From: Azolla caroliniana
Taxonomy: Eukaryota; Plantae; Polypodiophyta
Assembly (NCBI GenBank): GCA_043228905.1
Contig: JBHGNT010000022.1
Span: 2,480,001-2,544,000 of the forward strand
Direction of reading: 5' to 3'
Length of the DNA stretch: 64,000 nucleotides
Positions 62,755 to 64,000 of the stretch are shown piece by piece (the first letter of the stretch is position 1; the number at the start of each line of letters is the position of its first letter). The translations under genes were made by a program, and so were the position numbers. The notes beneath the pieces are model-generated. The model was given only the letters and a program-made list of their open reading frames with translations. It ran no database searches and was not told the DNA's origin.

Positions 62755-63427
62755 CCATATAATATCCCGTGGTAAGAATTTACCGTAGTATTCTATACAC
62801 GTGGATAAGTGTGAGGGTTAAACGAGAGTGTAAAGAAGGGGAGGATTACTTTTAATCCTCGGGATTGAGACAACCCATTAGGTCAAGTGTGAACTTGCCT
62901 GGGGGCCTTGGGTATCGCTATAAATAAGAGGCCTAGCTACCCTCATTTGATCATCTTTTGACTACATCGAGACTCTGCTCGTGTGGTGGGTCAACTCTTG
63001 TAGCGAGCGCGCCAGCACCAGGTACGACTCGACGCCACGGCAGTGGTATGGGATGCCGATCGAGGCTCGAGTCCGTCTCGATCCCTTCGCTCGGGGGTGG
63101 TCGGGTGGATCAGCACCCTTCTTTCTCTTTCTCCTTTCTATCTTTCATTTCTTTATCCTTATCTTAAGCTTACTTTAGTACCTAGATCTATAATATGTTT
63201 GATCACTTGGCTCGTGCGGTGATCTCGAAAAGTCAACGAGTCGTGATCAACGAAAGCCACTGACCTCACAAAAAAAAGGGCAACGAGCCCTTGCTCGGGA
63301 AGGGGTTGGGAAGTAGTATTTTCGTAAAGCAAACCTCGGGTCTTCTCTATCCCTTGAGTGCTCCCTAGTCCAAGACCCACGTGGTCCTGCCGAAGTAACA
63401 CATGCCCGCGAAACTTCGCGATAGCGT

Positions 63428-64000
63428 TGTCGTGAAAATCCGTCACTATGTGCGGATCGTGAGGCGGAACCGCCGAGGTCATGGACCGGAAGGATTCGAA
63501 GTTTGTACTGGCTTTAGCGAGAAAGTATTTAAGATAGATTGGGAGAGATTAATATGGAGAGAGAGAGATTGAGATAAAGATTGAAAACTTGACTTTATAT
63601 TTTAGAGACAAGGTACATCACCATTTGGATAAGTTGATTTTTACTTTTTTTTATTAATTTCTTCCCAATTTCTTCATTAGTCTCTTCTTGCTTGATTCCT
63701 CCATTCTTTTATAGATGCCCTCATACATATGATGCATGTGAGGGTGCAAGACATGCACGTAATGCATGTTTGCCATGTCACTCATTCAAGCTCTCATGTA
63801 TGAAATTTTACATATGAAAAGTACAATGATAAAAGTATAACCCTAAAGTCATGACTTAGCTTAGTGGTAAGTCATGTGGCTCTTATCTAGGAGGTGCAAG
63901 GTTCAAATTCTTACTTACACCCCATAAACACAAATTTTTAAAAAGCCTTGTATTTAAAAATGTTTAACTGCATATTACATCTTCAGTCAACCTCCAATGA
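63428..64000 (-). mobile_element. Possible LTR-like repeat related to 42553-43567, running off the window
   Basis: Begins tgtcgtgaa. Shares the atgatgcat...ctcatt..agct.tcatgtatgaaa block and a tRNA-like A/B-box module with 42990-43260. Confidence 0.35.

Larger units (their letters stand above)
45197..63195 (+). mobile_element. Composite Ty3/Gypsy chromovirus B: deleted unit plus full-length unit, three full LTRs and one partial LTR, single TSD
   Basis: 455-bp LTRs 45197-45651, 47045-47499 and 62741-63195; partial LTR 47501-47742. PBS TGGTATCAGA after 45651 and 47742. PPT agagggggag. TSD TGTTT (45192-45196 / 63196-63200). Confidence 0.93.

Noticed and set aside
63853-63913. Functional tRNA gene
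   Set aside because: No convincing acceptor or anticodon stems; only A/B-box resemblance.

Overview
This is a eukaryotic window, most likely from a seed-free land plant (fern/lycophyte-like; inference), made entirely of nested transposable elements, with no ordinary host gene. Retroelements: four decayed Ty1/Copia copies, two chromodomain Ty3/Gypsy elements (6276-17806, and the composite multi-LTR element 45197-63195) and one non-chromovirus Gypsy with an extra 3' ORF (20159-42326). Most boundaries are confirmed by LTR pairs and target-site duplications (TSDs). Two complete TIR DNA transposons with cargo genes are inserted in the Gypsy elements. (1) A 12.1-kb Sola2-like element (26666-38800, TSD TACA) carries a spliced transposase and an opposite-strand multi-exon gene with a RING-H2 finger and a degenerate FCP1/NIF-like phosphatase domain. 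(2) A 9.1-kb element (52521-61665, 34-bp TIRs, 7-8 bp TSD) carries an intact 926-aa Sola-like DDD transposase and, head-to-head, a six-exon ~981-aa gene fusing a ParB/Srx-like domain to a bacterial-type beta-class N6A/N4C DNA methyltransferase, with an intronic array of long palindromes. Element (2) is the best candidate for an undescribed system. All calls come from reading motifs by eye; no searches were run.
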